From Amoebophrya sp. A120 (lineage: Eukaryota; Protista; Dinoflagellata): 64,000 nt of DNA. Below are positions 23,401-36,202 of the stretch, one piece after another (the stretch's first letter is position 1; each line of letters opens with the position of its first letter). The stretch is taken from positions 876,627 through 940,626 of the forward strand of contig CAJINV010000007.1 of the NCBI GenBank assembly GCA_905178155.1. The letters are read 5' to 3'. The notes below the pieces were generated by a model. That model saw only the letters and a program-made list of their open reading frames with translations. It did not search any database and was not told the DNA's origin. The position numbers were made by a program, and so were the translations under genes.

Positions 23401-26400
23401 CTGGATCTGCATGACAAGTTACAAATTTTCTGAGAAAATTTGTATTGCAGTTTCTACTACGTGCCTAACTTTTGCAATGCATACGCAACGTCTGGCGACG
23501 ATGACATGGACTGGGACGAGACGCGCACGTCGCGGGAAGGAGACCTGGCTATGCTCTGCAAAAGTATCGTACTGGTGGTGGTAATTGCTGCTATGCATGA
23601 CAAATCTCCTCCCTAAAGTAAAACAGCATTACAAATTTTTTTTGTAATGCTAAGCAAATTTGTAATGCAATTACTACTAGTGGCGCGATACTTTTGCAAT
23701 GCATACTATCTTTGCTGCAGCAAGAGGCAGCAGACACCGCCATGACGAAGCTGTCCTCGGTATCCTGAGTAAAAACGTACCCACACCAGAGTTGTAATGC
23801 AAATCTGCATGCTGAAAATGTTTCTCATGCGCAGCCCAATTAGAAGCATTTTCTACCCGCCTTTTGGAATTTGTCATGCTCCAATCAGCATCTTATGCTA
23901 GATCTGTGATGCTGCTGAGCTAGCTCAAACAGCACTACACTACGAATCCAAATTTGTCATGCAAAACGGCCAAAGCTTGTGGATTTGTCTAGCCGATTCC
24001 CCATCTTGACTCTGGTGTGGGTACGTTTTTCCTCAGGATACTCGGCCGACGCCAGGTATCTCCAAGGGATGGAAGCTGCTGTATCAAAAGGAACCCCCCC
24101 CCAACTAAGACGGAGATTTGTGTAGCATGATTTGCTACCACAAATCATGTTGTCATGCTAGAAGGCAAAAGATGCGGGCTGTAGTGCTGGCTGGCGTGGG
24201 AAAGCCTTGCATCTTCCGCATGACAGGAGGCGAGTGGAAGTGGGAAACAGCATGACAAATATCCTGCAATTCAGGTCGCAATTGCGTCGGTTGGCCTTTT
24301 AGCAATACAAGTCGACTTGTGTACGCAAATCCAGCATCACAAATGTGCTTTCCAATACGGGGAAGGGGGGGTTTTCCTCGCAATATGATTCGCGGGCGGC
24401 CGGGCTTGACGAGGACGAGGGGAATGATCCGTCGCCAGAAAACGACCCGGCAGTGAAAGAAGACGACGACGATGATGATGCGGCCAACGGGGGCGAAAGT
24501 AAACACACTGCTGAATTGAAGAAGCAGTACTGGATATTGTGAGGGAAAATGTCCCCACACCAGAGTCAAGATGGAAAATCTGCTAGACAAATCCACCAGC
24601 TGTGGCTGCTTCGCATGACAAGTTTGTCCTCGTAGTGTAATCCTGTTGAGCTAGTTCCGGAGCATCACAGATCTAGCATATCATGCTAATTTAGCATCAC
24701 AAATTCCAAGACACGGTTAGAAAATGGCTCTCAGTCTCATGGGGCGTCGCATGAGAAACTTTCTTGGCGTGCAGATTTGCACGACAACTCTGGGGTGGGG
24801 ACGTTTTTACTCAGAATACTGGATGTCAAAAAAGCGGCGAGGTGGTGGGGCGAACAAAGACGTGCCGTCCGGCCCCCCGCCCGAAGATGTGAAGAAGGAG
24901 CTCGAGCGTCGCAACGGTCCGATGTTTTTATCAAATGCAAATATGTCTAGGTCTGGATGGATGCAATACCAATATGTTTGCCATGCACATTTTGCATGAC
25001 TCCTAATGTCTGTGATGCATGCCCTAGCATCACAGATTTTATGAGGGCTTCTTGATGTTGCGTATACCGCATCAGAATTGCCCTCTCGCCAGGGCAAAGA
25101 CTGGACCTCTTTTGCTATGTATGCAATACAGATTTATTGTGGAATCCAAATCCAGCATCACAAGTTGCATCCTTCCAGACCCAGGCATATTTGCAGTTCA
25201 TAGCTTTCCACGTTCGCCAATATGGCGGGGAGAAACTACAACAAGCTCGTTTTGTTTCAGAAGAAGAAGTATGCATTGCAAAAGTATCGTACTCGTATTG
25301 CAGACATGCATCACAAATCTTCTTCTTAAGGTAAATCAGTATTACAAATTTTATTTCTCATGCTGAGAAAATCGAAATTTGTAATGCATTTATACGAGTG
25401 CGATGCTTTTGCAGCGGATAAGAAGGAAGAAAAACAGCGACAGGAAGAGGAGCGTAAAAAGCTTATCCTGAGCAAAAACGTACCCACACCAGAGTTGTAA
25501 TGCAGATTTGCAAAGAAAAGAAGACTTGTAATGCACATCCCCATGAGAGCCATTTCCAATCTTGTTTTGGAATTTGTGATGCTGTGAACAGGATGAGCAG
25601 ATGAATCTGTGACGCGGCTGCACTTGCTAACCTGCACTACGCTGCATCGTGCAACTTGTCATGCGTGACTCACAAACTTCCTAGGTTTGTGTTGCAAAAC
25701 CCCATCCTGACTCTGGTGTGAGTACGTTTTTCCTCAGGATAAAGCTGGACGAGGAAGAAAAAGCCGCAGATGGAGGTGCTGAGCCGGAAGTTGGGCAAGT
25801 ACTAGATAGTGTGCAGAAGAACAGGGCAGAAGCCACAGCTACTACGTCCTCGCAGGGAGAACACCTACATCAGACAGAACTGTTGAAAACGCCCAGTAAA
25901 ATTATTCGTCCGGCTGTTCAAAAAGTAGGAGAGGAAGATCAAGACCACGACGAAGATAGCGGCGTCAGTGAAAGAACTACGAGTAGCAAGAACAGAATTA
26001 TACCAACTCGGGCTGCAAACGCAAAGGTAGATGATGAAAAGAACACCGCCTTGATATCGTGAGGAAAAATCCCCCCTCCCCATATCGAAACGAAGTTTCT
26101 GATGCTGGATTTCCGTACACAAATTAGATTTGTCTTGCAGTAGAGGACTGCCGGCATATGTCAAGCCTCAGCCGAGAGGTTTTGCCGTAGGCGCCTAGCA
26201 TGGCAAACGTGTATGCTCTAAGCCCAACAGCATCACAAACCGCCTGCAAAATGCGGGGCGCTCTCTAGACTTGCCCTCTTGCAAGACAGACAGGATTTGA
26301 GGTCACAAATGCGCATCACAAATTTTCAGACGGATACGCTTTCAATATGGGGAGGGGGGATTTTTCCTTACGATACTTGAACAACAATCAGGAGAACTGG

Positions 26401-29400
26401 CCGCATCTAGAGCTTCCGGCGGTGGAGAAAGTTTCATCGTCAGCAACTACATCTGGTGCAGCTTTCCATGATGCGCATGCCTCCTCGTCGACTTTTGCAA
26501 CGGCTTTGCTGCAGGATCAAAAAGACAAATCCGAGACCGAAGCAGAAAAGAATCGGAGGGAGTCGGTCGAGGAGGATCGAGAACTTCTAGGCGTGCAGGC
26601 GGACGAGAAAGGATCAGAAACCGACAAGGATGAGTCAAAATCAGCGAAAGAACAAAACGAAGTCGAGACCGGTACTGATACGTCGGAAGTTGTAGGCCGC
26701 TCGGAAAAGGGGACTGACGCTGAGGCAGCTGCAAATAACGAAGGTGAGTCAGGGAAAGAAGAGAAGGAGACTGAGACAGCTACTGCAGAAGAAAATGAAA
26801 ATGATAATAAAGCCGCCGCAGACCAGCACGAGGACAAAAAATCGTCCTCTGCACTTCACGAGGCGATTACAAAAAAGAAGAACAAGGATATCCAAGAAAA
26901 AAACTGTGTAAGTGTAAGTTTCTTGGAGGAATAGCATCACAAGTTTGCTCTGCATGACACAGAAAACCTGTCATGCGTAGCTGGTACGTCAAAACACGCA
27001 CGAAGATTGCCTTTGATGCATGTCCAGCATGACAAGTGTAACAGGTTTGCATTTTCTGCAACACAAAGTTACACTTACACAGTTTTTTTCTTGGATAAAG
27101 GAGAACTTCATGGAAACCGAAAGAACCATGATCCAGACCCGGTCGAAAGAGGCGATCGCCGCGGACTTGAAGCATCAACCGCAAACATGTCTGGGTCTGG
27201 AAGAGAAGTGCCAGACTTGTCATGCAGATTTTCCATGACCCACGAGGTCTGGTATGTAGGACACAGCATTACAGATTCTGTGAGAGTTTCATCATGGCTA
27301 TCCTGCATGAGAAATTGCCTCTCGATTAGGTCGAAAGTGGCCAGCTTTTGGCAATCACGCAACACAGATTTTTACATGATTCAGATTTAGCATGGCAGGT
27401 TGCTTTGTTCCAGATGAGCCAGACACATTTGCATTTGATATGAAGAAGCACACCGCGAAATACGGCTACACGGCGGAAACCGCGGCGAAGAAATTCGACA
27501 AGGATCTACTGTATCAGATGCAAATATGTCTGGGTCTGGAAGAATGCAAGATTTGCCATGCTCGGCTAGCATGAGTCTCAAGTCTGTCATGCACGTTACC
27601 CAAGAGCCTCGCTTTTCTGTCATGCGGAAACGCAGTTTGTCATGCAGAATAGAGTACACCGACCAGCTCAGAAACTTGTCATGCTGGAACGGCAATTGCG
27701 GCACCCTAATCATTCGCCAACCAGCATCCCAACTTTCCAGACCCAGACATATTTGTATTTGATAGACTGGAGGCGATGGAGCAGCAGAACAAGTTCCTCG
27801 TCTCTACCGACGCAAACAAAGCGCACCAGAACATTGTCGATTACATATCCGCAGCAAAAACGCTCCCACCCCAGAGGTGTCATGCAAATGCGCAATGACA
27901 CAAGCATTTGTAATGCGCATCTGCGTGAGAGGCATTTCCAATCGTGTTTTGGAATTTCTAATGCTGTAAACACCATGAAAAAATGGATTTCTCGTGCGGC
28001 TTTCCTTGCTAACCAGTACTACCCTGCAGATGAGAATTTGTCATGTAGAACTTCCAAAACTTGGAGATTTGTGTTGCAGATTTCCCAGCATCTCGACTCT
28101 GGGGAGGTGGGGACGTTTTTGCGCAGCATATTACATGACAAATTTCGATAACGCGCAGAGTCACAATTACCAGCAGGTGTTGTGGCCGAATCTGGAATAT
28201 GCAGTGCAAAAGCATCGTACTCGTATGAATGCATTACAAATTTCTCCAGCGTGAAAGATAAAATTTGTAATGCGGATTTACCTTAAGAAAAAGATTTGTA
28301 ATGCAAGACTTGCATTTATACGAATGCGATACTTTTGCAGTTCATATGGAACCTCCGTCGGAGCAGCAGGTGACGGATTTTATCACAGCAAAAAGTGTTA
28401 ACGTTAACGGAGTTTGTGATGCATTGAACATCATGCCGAAAGTTGTAATGCATAGCATGCACCATATTGGGTTACATTTGCGATGCATGACTGCAATCTG
28501 TGCAAACCGTTCACGTTGTTGACGCTTTTCCTTGTGATAGATTTTACGGTGAAGTTATCCTCTGTGTTCTCCGCCGCGACGAATGGGACGAAATGCCACG
28601 ATAGCGATATGCTGGTATGGTTGAATTCATTTTCAGATAATTTCGTTTCCGTTTTTGACGTTTTGGTGTTTTAGGAGTTTGGCAATGAAAGATCGTCGAC
28701 GATATGAACATGATCATGATCACCATCTTGCATATATGAACCGCAGTACAAGTAGAAATCGAGGTACTTATACATGCAAAAAGTAGAACCTCTTCTACAA
28801 CGAACTCTCACAGTCCGCCGACTCCTTTTGTCAGACGAAGCCAGAAATCGCTCCGTATCTGCAAATCGACTTCGGGGATAAAATCCCGATCACGAAAGTC
28901 CAGCTCTACGCGAGGTCGCAGAACTGCGCGCGGCTGCTCTTCATGAGCCGGGATCCTGGGACAAACGGGGATTTGGACAAGTGGCCAGATGACGCGAGTT
29001 TAGACCAAGCGGAACTGGACAAGGACTGTTCCGAAGACTGGCAGGCGAACGCAAATTTGGTGGTCGGTTTGTCGAACACACAGTGTCTAGATGAAGGGCC
29101 CGGAGGAAATTACGCAAGTGGGTACGGGTGTCAGGGGTATAGAATAGAACATGCTGTTATGCAATTACGCCAGCGAAATCTGTCAACAAGACCCGATTTT
29201 CAACAAAACGAAAAACTTTTTTTGTATCAGGCGAATGGGGCAGCCCGGCCCGAAAAAGTTTCTAGCATTCGCCACCGCTACGACGCGCGCTAGCTTTTTC
29301 CGGCCTCGCTGACTTATGAAAAAGTGCGCGCGCGCTAGCTGGTGGCGCGGGGCAGCTAGATTGCTTGTGGCCGTGCGTGTGGCTTCACCATTGCCGCCCC

Positions 29401-32236
29401 GGGTCAGAGACATACCCAACCGGCGATCGCAGGCCATCAGCTGCGATTGCCGGATGCCCTCATGAACGACCACCAGAACCCCGGGGCGCAGGCGTTTTAG
29501 CTGTCTGGCCTCCCGTTTTGCAGCGCTGCTTCGCCTCGCCGAAGGCTCGCGCCCTGTGCTTCGCTGGGGGCTTCCATACGAACCCGCCAGGCGCGGAAGG
29601 CTCGGAAGCGGCCACCCGGCCGCCTGCGGTGGGGCCCTCCCAAAAAATGAAACGGCACGCGCCAGCGCCGCCCATCTCGGGCGAGGCTTTGGCGGCGCAT
29701 GCGGCCGGCCCGGCCATGCAGCGGCCCGCGGGCCAACCCGCGGCAAAGATTCGCTGCGCGGGAGCCCGACAGCTAGTTGCCATCCGGCCGGCGGGCGAAG
29801 GGCCGGGCGGCCGGCCGGCCGGGCCGTCCCTTGACCCCGGCCCTTGACCCCGGAGCTCGCCGCGATTTTCCCGGGATTTTGAAGCCCAAAAATGACCCAA
29901 AAATGGCCGCCAAATCGAATGAGATAGCCCCTTAACGTTTTTGATCAACAAGACAGGGAAAATGGCCGCGAGTCGACCCCGATTGTTGGCGTGAGTGCTC
30001 GGAAAGGCCCGGCCGTGTCGCCGAGGCTTCTCGGAGAAGGCATCCCGAGCCGGATCGCGGTTGCCTGGCTTCTTGGGTTGCGTGGGTGTGGGGTGGCATC
30101 GGGCACGCAGCTGGCTGCCCGGCGCGGCTGTGCCGCCCCTCGATGCGAAAGCGGAAGCGTAGTGGGCGCAGGTGGGCGGCCCACATTCGCCGACCGCGCC
30201 AGGTTTCGGAAGGGGGCACGGGGGCGGGGGGAAGAATTTGTGCCTTGGGAGGATTCCCAACGTGGCCCGCGTCGCAGCCGCAACGAGCTGCAGAAAAAGC
30301 GCAAGCGGGGCAAAGGAAGCCAAAGCACAGCCGTGCGCCCAAAGGTAGCTGCGTTGTGCATGCCCCAGCCCAAGGCCCCGAAGGTGGGAGATGGGCCCTG
30401 CGCCGCTATGAGGCTTCATGACTTGCACGGCCGGCGTGGTAGACGAAGCGCACAAAGTGCTTGAGGTGGAAGCGGGTCGACGCTTGTCGCGCGCAACTAG
30501 AGGCGTAGTATGCCCCTTGGGTGTCATCAACAGTGCCAGGCCCTGCGAGCCCCAGCAACAAGAGGCGACCGCGCCAACTCCCTTCGCCTTATTATCGGGA
30601 GAGGCGCGAGACCCAAATTTTTTTTTTCGTTTTGTTGAAAAGAAGGTCTTGTTGACAGATTTCGCTACCGTAGCAATACAAATTTCCCGTACATGTACAA
30701 GGTGCATCACAAATTTCACCACTTTGGATCGTAAAACTTGTCATGCTAAACTAGGATCGAAGCCAAGTTTTGTCATGCGGACACCGCATTTGTATGTGTA
30801 CGGGAAATTTACTGCGGATCGCTGTGGCGTGTTTCGTTTTTTCTCCTCGACGTGTCGTTTTGAGAATCACAAATACAAAAGCAAAAACGTGATCAATTCT
30901 AATTCTGTTATGAATATAAAAATCAAGCATGAACAAGACGAAAACGATATCCTGAGTAAAAACGTACCCACCCCAGAGTTGTCATGCAAATCTGCATGCC
31001 AAAAAGGTTTCCCATGCGGAGCCCCATGAGAAGCATTTTCTAGTCGTGTTTTAGAATTTGTGATGCTCTAATCAGCATGATATGCTAGATCTGTGATGCT
31101 GCTGGAGGTAGCTAAACAGGATAAGGATTACACTACGAGGATAAACTTGTCATGCGAAACAACCAAAGCTGGATGATTTGTCTAGCAGATTTCTCATCTT
31201 GACTCTGGTGTGCGTACGTTTTTACTCAGGATAAACGATCAAACCAGCTACCCCGCCGCGGCGAATGCCGACGGGAACTTCCCGCCGTCAAAATTCGACC
31301 TGTACGAGTGCAATTTGCCATATGGCGTTCTCAAATGTTACATTCTCAGCTGTTACATGATTTGTAATGCAAAACCACAATCAGAATCGACGCGAGCAAG
31401 CTGCTTCGCATGACAAATTCTCGAAGAGCCAAACAGGCTGAGAATCTTTGCCAGATCTGTCATGCAAGACCCGCAAGGTGACCCCTTTCAGTTTTGCCAT
31501 TCTTGCATCGCAAATCCGTGTAACAGTTGAGAATGTAACGTTTGAGAACGCCATATGCCGCTGTCCTTATCCTCGAACCAAACTACGAAACTGAAGCACT
31601 TTGGCGATAACGCGGAGTTATGCATTGCAAAAATATCTTACTCGTATGAATGCATTACAAATTTCCTGAGCTTGAGAAGTGAAATTTGTAATGCGGATTT
31701 ACCTTAAGAGGGAGATTTGTAATGCATGATTGCAATTACTACGAGTGCGATACTTTTGCCTAGGATAGGAGTCCACTTTGATGGCCGAGTTTGACTGCGA
31801 GACCCGGATCGCGAGGTATTTGTTTATCGAACTCCCCCCGGCTTTTGCGGACGCGAAGCGGTTAGGCAATACAAATTTCCCGTACATGTACAACATGCAT
31901 CACAAATTTCGCCAATTTGGAGCGTAAAACTTGGCATGCTAAACAAGGAGCGAAGCCAAGTTTTGTCATGCAGAGACCACCAAATCTGTAGTGTACGCGT
32001 GCGGGGGGAAATTATTTACTGTGGATAGCGGTACTTGGCTTTGAACGAAGTGAAGGTGTACGGGCGGTACGAGGGGTTCCGGCCCTATGTGAATCCGATG
32101 CCGTGTATCCAAGAAAAAACACCCGACCCCATCCAATTTGTCAATTACAATTGTCATGCAAAACGTGCATAAATTCCAGAGTTTGTGGTCATGCAAAAAA
32201 TGGATGGGGATGGGTGTTTTTTCCTGGATGACGTGA
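20485..32236 (+). CDS. Large K/E/D-rich protein with C-terminal F-type lectin/discoidin (F5/8C-like) domain; 27 introners plus at least 1 GT-AG intron
   Basis: Exons join in frame across elements from 20970 to 32230. C-terminus: FTVKLSSVFSA...FCQTKPEIAPYLQIDFGDKIPITKVQLYARSQNCARLL...FDCETRIARYLFIELP...YLALNEVKVYG. GT-AG intron 28615-28786. The start codon and the junction around 29137-30947 are unresolved. Stop TGA forms across the last introner. Confidence 0.72.
23761..24040. mobile_element. Introner family 10 (TIR TATCCTGAGTAAAAACGTMCCCACMCCAGAGT, 280-300 bp), representative copy
   Basis: Copies: 20970-21272, 22525-22805, 22881-23166, 23761-24040, 24535-24818, 25464-25741, 27846-28130, 30948-31233, 59663-59944; diverged relative 37966-38215. 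Confidence 0.9.
29166..30672. mobile_element. 1.5-kb non-autonomous TIR DNA element (TAC...GTA ends, 5-bp TSD gcaat) nested in the 5' TIR of introner 29158-30820
   Basis: ~50-bp imperfect TIR: tacgccagcgaaatctgtcaacaagacccgattttcaacaaaacgaaaaa vs reverse complement of the right end tacggtagcgaaatctgtcaacaagaccttcttttcaacaaaacgaaaaa. gcaat at 29161-29165 and 30673-30677. Removal restores tatgcaatacaaatttcccgtac. Confidence 0.9.
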
Positions 32237-32298
32237 GGCGGGAGGGGAGTGGTGTGTTGGAAGTTTTGTTGCGAGAGGTACTTATTAGAAATGGAGTT

Positions 32299-35200
32299 TC
32301 AGATGACACAGATGATGACGGCTGGACGGATTTTTTGTTTTTCTGGCGTTCTCAACTGTTACATTCTCAACTGTTACATGAATTTGTGATGCAAGAATGG
32401 CAAAAGTGACAAGGGGAATCTTGCGCGTCTTGCATGACAGATCTGGCACCGATTGCCAGCCTGTTTGGCCCTCTGCAAGTTTGTCATGCGAAGCAGCTTG
32501 ATGCTGTCGATTCTGAAGGCAATTTTGCATGACAAATCATGTAACAGTTGAGAATGTAACGTTTGAGAACGCCATATGTTTTTCTGGCCAGTTGTAAGTA
32601 TAACGATGTGGATGTACGTTTATTATGCAAATCAATACACATCACAGATGAAACAGTACCGTTTTACAAGAAGTGATGAAATAACAATAAGAATAATTAC
32701 TGTAGTACTAAGCAAACGAGCAGTGACAGTGAGTGCTACCCCGCTGCCGCTGCTGGGTCGTTTATTAGAGAATAAAGAAGATTTGATACAGACCAGACAT
32801 GGACCGTTTTTTAGAAAAAGTTAAGGCTCGCACGTCCATCTCTAGACAGCCAAAACGCATTGTATAGAAGACACAGAAGAAGCCTGCCCCTGCCCATGTT
32901 GCAAATCGAAATAGTACGCAGCTACATCATAATGGAGCAATAGCAAAAATACTCGATGTTGTGCCAACACTCCATAAGTCCTTTTTGCAGCTGCCAAGCA
33001 GTGAATGATTAGGAGAAAAACTAAAACTCTCTTTTGAATGAAAAACACGATGACAACTTCTACATGTGATTCCCATATGGATAAGTAGCCGTAGCACCTT
33101 CCTGAGTGTACACGACTACGAGTGCTACAGGAAATGCAATGTACAGTGTCGCAATTAAAGTGGCATCATGAGGCCGAAGCGGCGAAACACAGCTTTGTCC
33201 ATTGTGTTTGCTCCACGAACTACCGAGCCCCAATAAGTCATTCCCATTCTCCATATTTTGCTGTTGTGATAAGTTTAAGTACGAGAGAAAAAATGCATAA
33301 GTACGAGAGAAAAAATGCATTTTTTGGATGCTGAAGGACGCGAGTCAATTTTTGACAAGCGATAGTGGTCTGTTTTGCCTTTTTCGACAAGAAGAGAAGC
33401 AGTCTGTTTCCATTGGCGGTTTGCGCAGCTGGCTTCCTTTCCAACATTCGGTGGAGCCCACACGATGCGCAACGATCCAACTTCTGGCTTTTGGTACAAC
33501 TTCTATTGTTATCCGCACATTTTTGATCGCTGTGGGTGCGAATGATGAAAAAGTTCTGTTTTAAGAGATTTTCCAATTCTGTTTGCGATCATTTTCCCAC
33601 GGCTCCAGCTACCAGCTGGTCTTCGGTTTCATCTTGTTACGCTGAGTCGGTTAGTGTAAGAGCAGATGTCATTTCCATGCAAATGCGATGCAGCTGACAC
33701 AGGGATGAAACACTGTTACTGGCTGTCGCTTTTTTTTTCCGATTTGGATACAGACCAGACATCGACCGTTTTTTAGAAAAAGGTTAAGGTTCGCACGTTC
33801 ATCTCTAGACAACCAAAACGCATTGTAGGTAGTGAGGTCACCGCACCACAGATGTATGTAGTGACGTCAGATCAGATGACACAGATGACGACGGCTGAAC
33901 GGATTTTTTGTTTTTCAATACACACAGAGGAAACAGTATGAGAGCGTCAGGTCGTTATTTTGCTTTTACTTTCAAAATTTTTTTTTGGTGCAGGAGGTCG
34001 CTCCAGGTGTGTTTACAAGCGGCCAGATAACTCGATACTTAGTGGAGCTACCACAGGAATATAGGACAAACGAGACTAATAGCGTTCTAGGGACAAAAGT
34101 GCCACCCTCGATCACCGGATCACCGCGACCGGCATTGCATTGAAATGCCCTGATCCGAGTTTGAGCGGCGCCTGGCGTGGGGCGTCGTCCCGGGACATGT
34201 TCCTCTGTGTGTGACATGCGTGTTGCAACGCAACCGCGCCGGATAAGGCCAGTCAGACCCATGAACCAATGTCCAAAAATTTGCAACGCTTTCGGGGGAA
34301 AACCAGGGTTGCCAGAAGGACATACTCGGCTGCGAAGCCCGCGCGAAATAAGTGGCGCGCTGTGCGAATAAAGTCACGCGGTGGCCGTTGCAAAGCCACA
34401 GTGTGCAGGAAGGCCACAGTACCGACCCCGCGCCTGACTAGGGGCGCCTTCGCATGCCAAGCGCGGAGCTGGCCACCTCCGCTCTTCGGGTGGTGTTTGA
34501 TGCGCTTGCGGCGCAGTCTCCCGGCCGTTGCCCGCTTGCGACGCATCGGCCCCTTCTGCATTTCTGCATGGGCGCGCCTCGGGCGTAATGGTGCCCTGGC
34601 AGCGGCGCTGCAAGATGGGTGGCCGAGAAAAGGCAAGCCTCCTGCTGGACAGGTGCACGACTTCGGCCGGCCGCTGTGTTTGGCGCCCGAAGTCCGCCCC
34701 ATGTCCTGAGTGCAACAATTCGAACTCTCATTCATGAGGCGCCTTCGAGACGAGTACCTTTCACCCCCCTCCGGCACCCCTCTCGGCTGCCTCTAAGTAG
34801 TTGAGCATAAAATGACCATAGCATGCGGGCTGGAGTCATTTGGGGGGTCGTTCGGCACCCCCTGATCCTCAACTACTTAGAGGGTGCCCGAAGAGGGTCC
34901 AGAAGGGGTCGCCCTTCTTGGGAAAATGAAATATCTGGCCAGAGGATCCCCTCTCGCCAACTCACTGGGCAAGAGTGACACAGATGATGACGGCTGGACG
35001 GATTTTTTGTTTTTCAATACACACAGAGGAAACAGTATGACACCCTCAGAATGGAAATCCTCAAAGTGGAAATAATTTGTGATGCATGAAATGCGACACC
35101 AAAAAGACTGTATTGCAGAGAACGCCATGGAGGCTGACTACTGTGCTGCTACGGGTTCAGGATTGGGCTGCTGATTAGCATGAGAGAAGCGCACCCCTTT

Positions 35201-36202
35201 GCCTAACGAGCATGACAAACACGTTTTCCACAGATGTATGTAGTGACGTCAGATCAGATGACACAGATGATGACGGCTGGACGGATTTTTTGTTTTTCAA
35301 TACACTCATACAAATGTTGCGACAATTTCAATCGACAAAGTTGAAATGATTTGCCATGCATAAAATGCGACACAAAGACTGACTCTATTGCTGAAGGCGC
35401 AAGGGAGGCAGATTCTAGTGCTGGTAAGGGTCAAGAATTGGGCTGCTGACTAGCATGACAGGGAGCAGCCATCTTGCCCTAAACAACATGACAGACTTGC
35501 TTCAGAGGCCAGGAAAATTTGTCATGCGCCGATTGGAAACTGTGGGTCCAACTGGTATAGATTTTACGCATCACAAATTATTTCAACTTTGTCGATTTCA
35601 ACTCTGACACATCCATACAGGAGTCAGATTCAGATATTCATCCCGTCTCCGAAGCTGCGAGCTACTCCGCGGAAAAGTTTTCCCATTTTGTCGTAGAAAC
35701 CGGAATGGATTTCTTCATGAGCTGTGTTTGCGGATTATGCAATACAAACTTCCCGTAGCCCCCGTACATGTACAAAATGCATGACAAATTTCGTCAACTT
35801 GCAGTTGTGTCCAACTTCTCTTTGTCATGCTAAACTAGGATCGAAACCCAGTTTTGTCATGCAGCGACTGCATTTGTACGTGGACGTCGGGAAATTTACC
35901 GTGGATACGGATGTTTGAATTGTGGCGATTTGAAAACCTCCATGGCCTTCGGGAATTTTCAAGAAGCCGGAACTAGGTTAACCTTTGGCGACGCGGTGAT
36001 CGGAATGATGCTGGCGCTATCCAGGAAAAAACACCCATCCCCATCCATTTCTTGCATGGCGAACACTGCAAATTATGCATGTTTTGCATGACAAATTGGA
36101 AAATTGGAAAATTGGAATTTGATTTCAGACGACACAGATGATGACGGCTGGACGGATTTTTTGTTTTTCAATACACACAGAGGAAACAGTACCGTTTTAC
36201 AA
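32299..36202. repeat. Five dispersed direct copies of a ~60-90 bp unit R (tcagatgacacagatgatgacggctggacggattttttgtttttcaatacacacagaggaaacagta)
   Basis: Copies at ~32299-32343 (split by an introner), 33847-33938, 34976-35037, 35229-35305, 36123-36202. Confidence 0.85.

Noticed and set aside
29183-30722. ORFs up to 420 aa inside the 1.5-kb element
   Set aside because: Same GC artefact; no recognisable domain.
3794-32105. 10-bp periodicity of exon lengths
   Set aside because: Suggestive in the channel gene but not upheld by lengths in the lectin gene.
34021-34940. TIR element defined by ggccagata/tatctggcc
   Set aside because: Only a 9-bp inverted match and no TSD.
32299-36202. CRISPR array or snRNA/snoRNA cluster (ATGATGA and ATTTTTTG in unit R)
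   Set aside because: Spacers are 0.2-1.5 kb and irregular, there are no cas genes, the context is eukaryotic, and no D box or terminal stem is visible.
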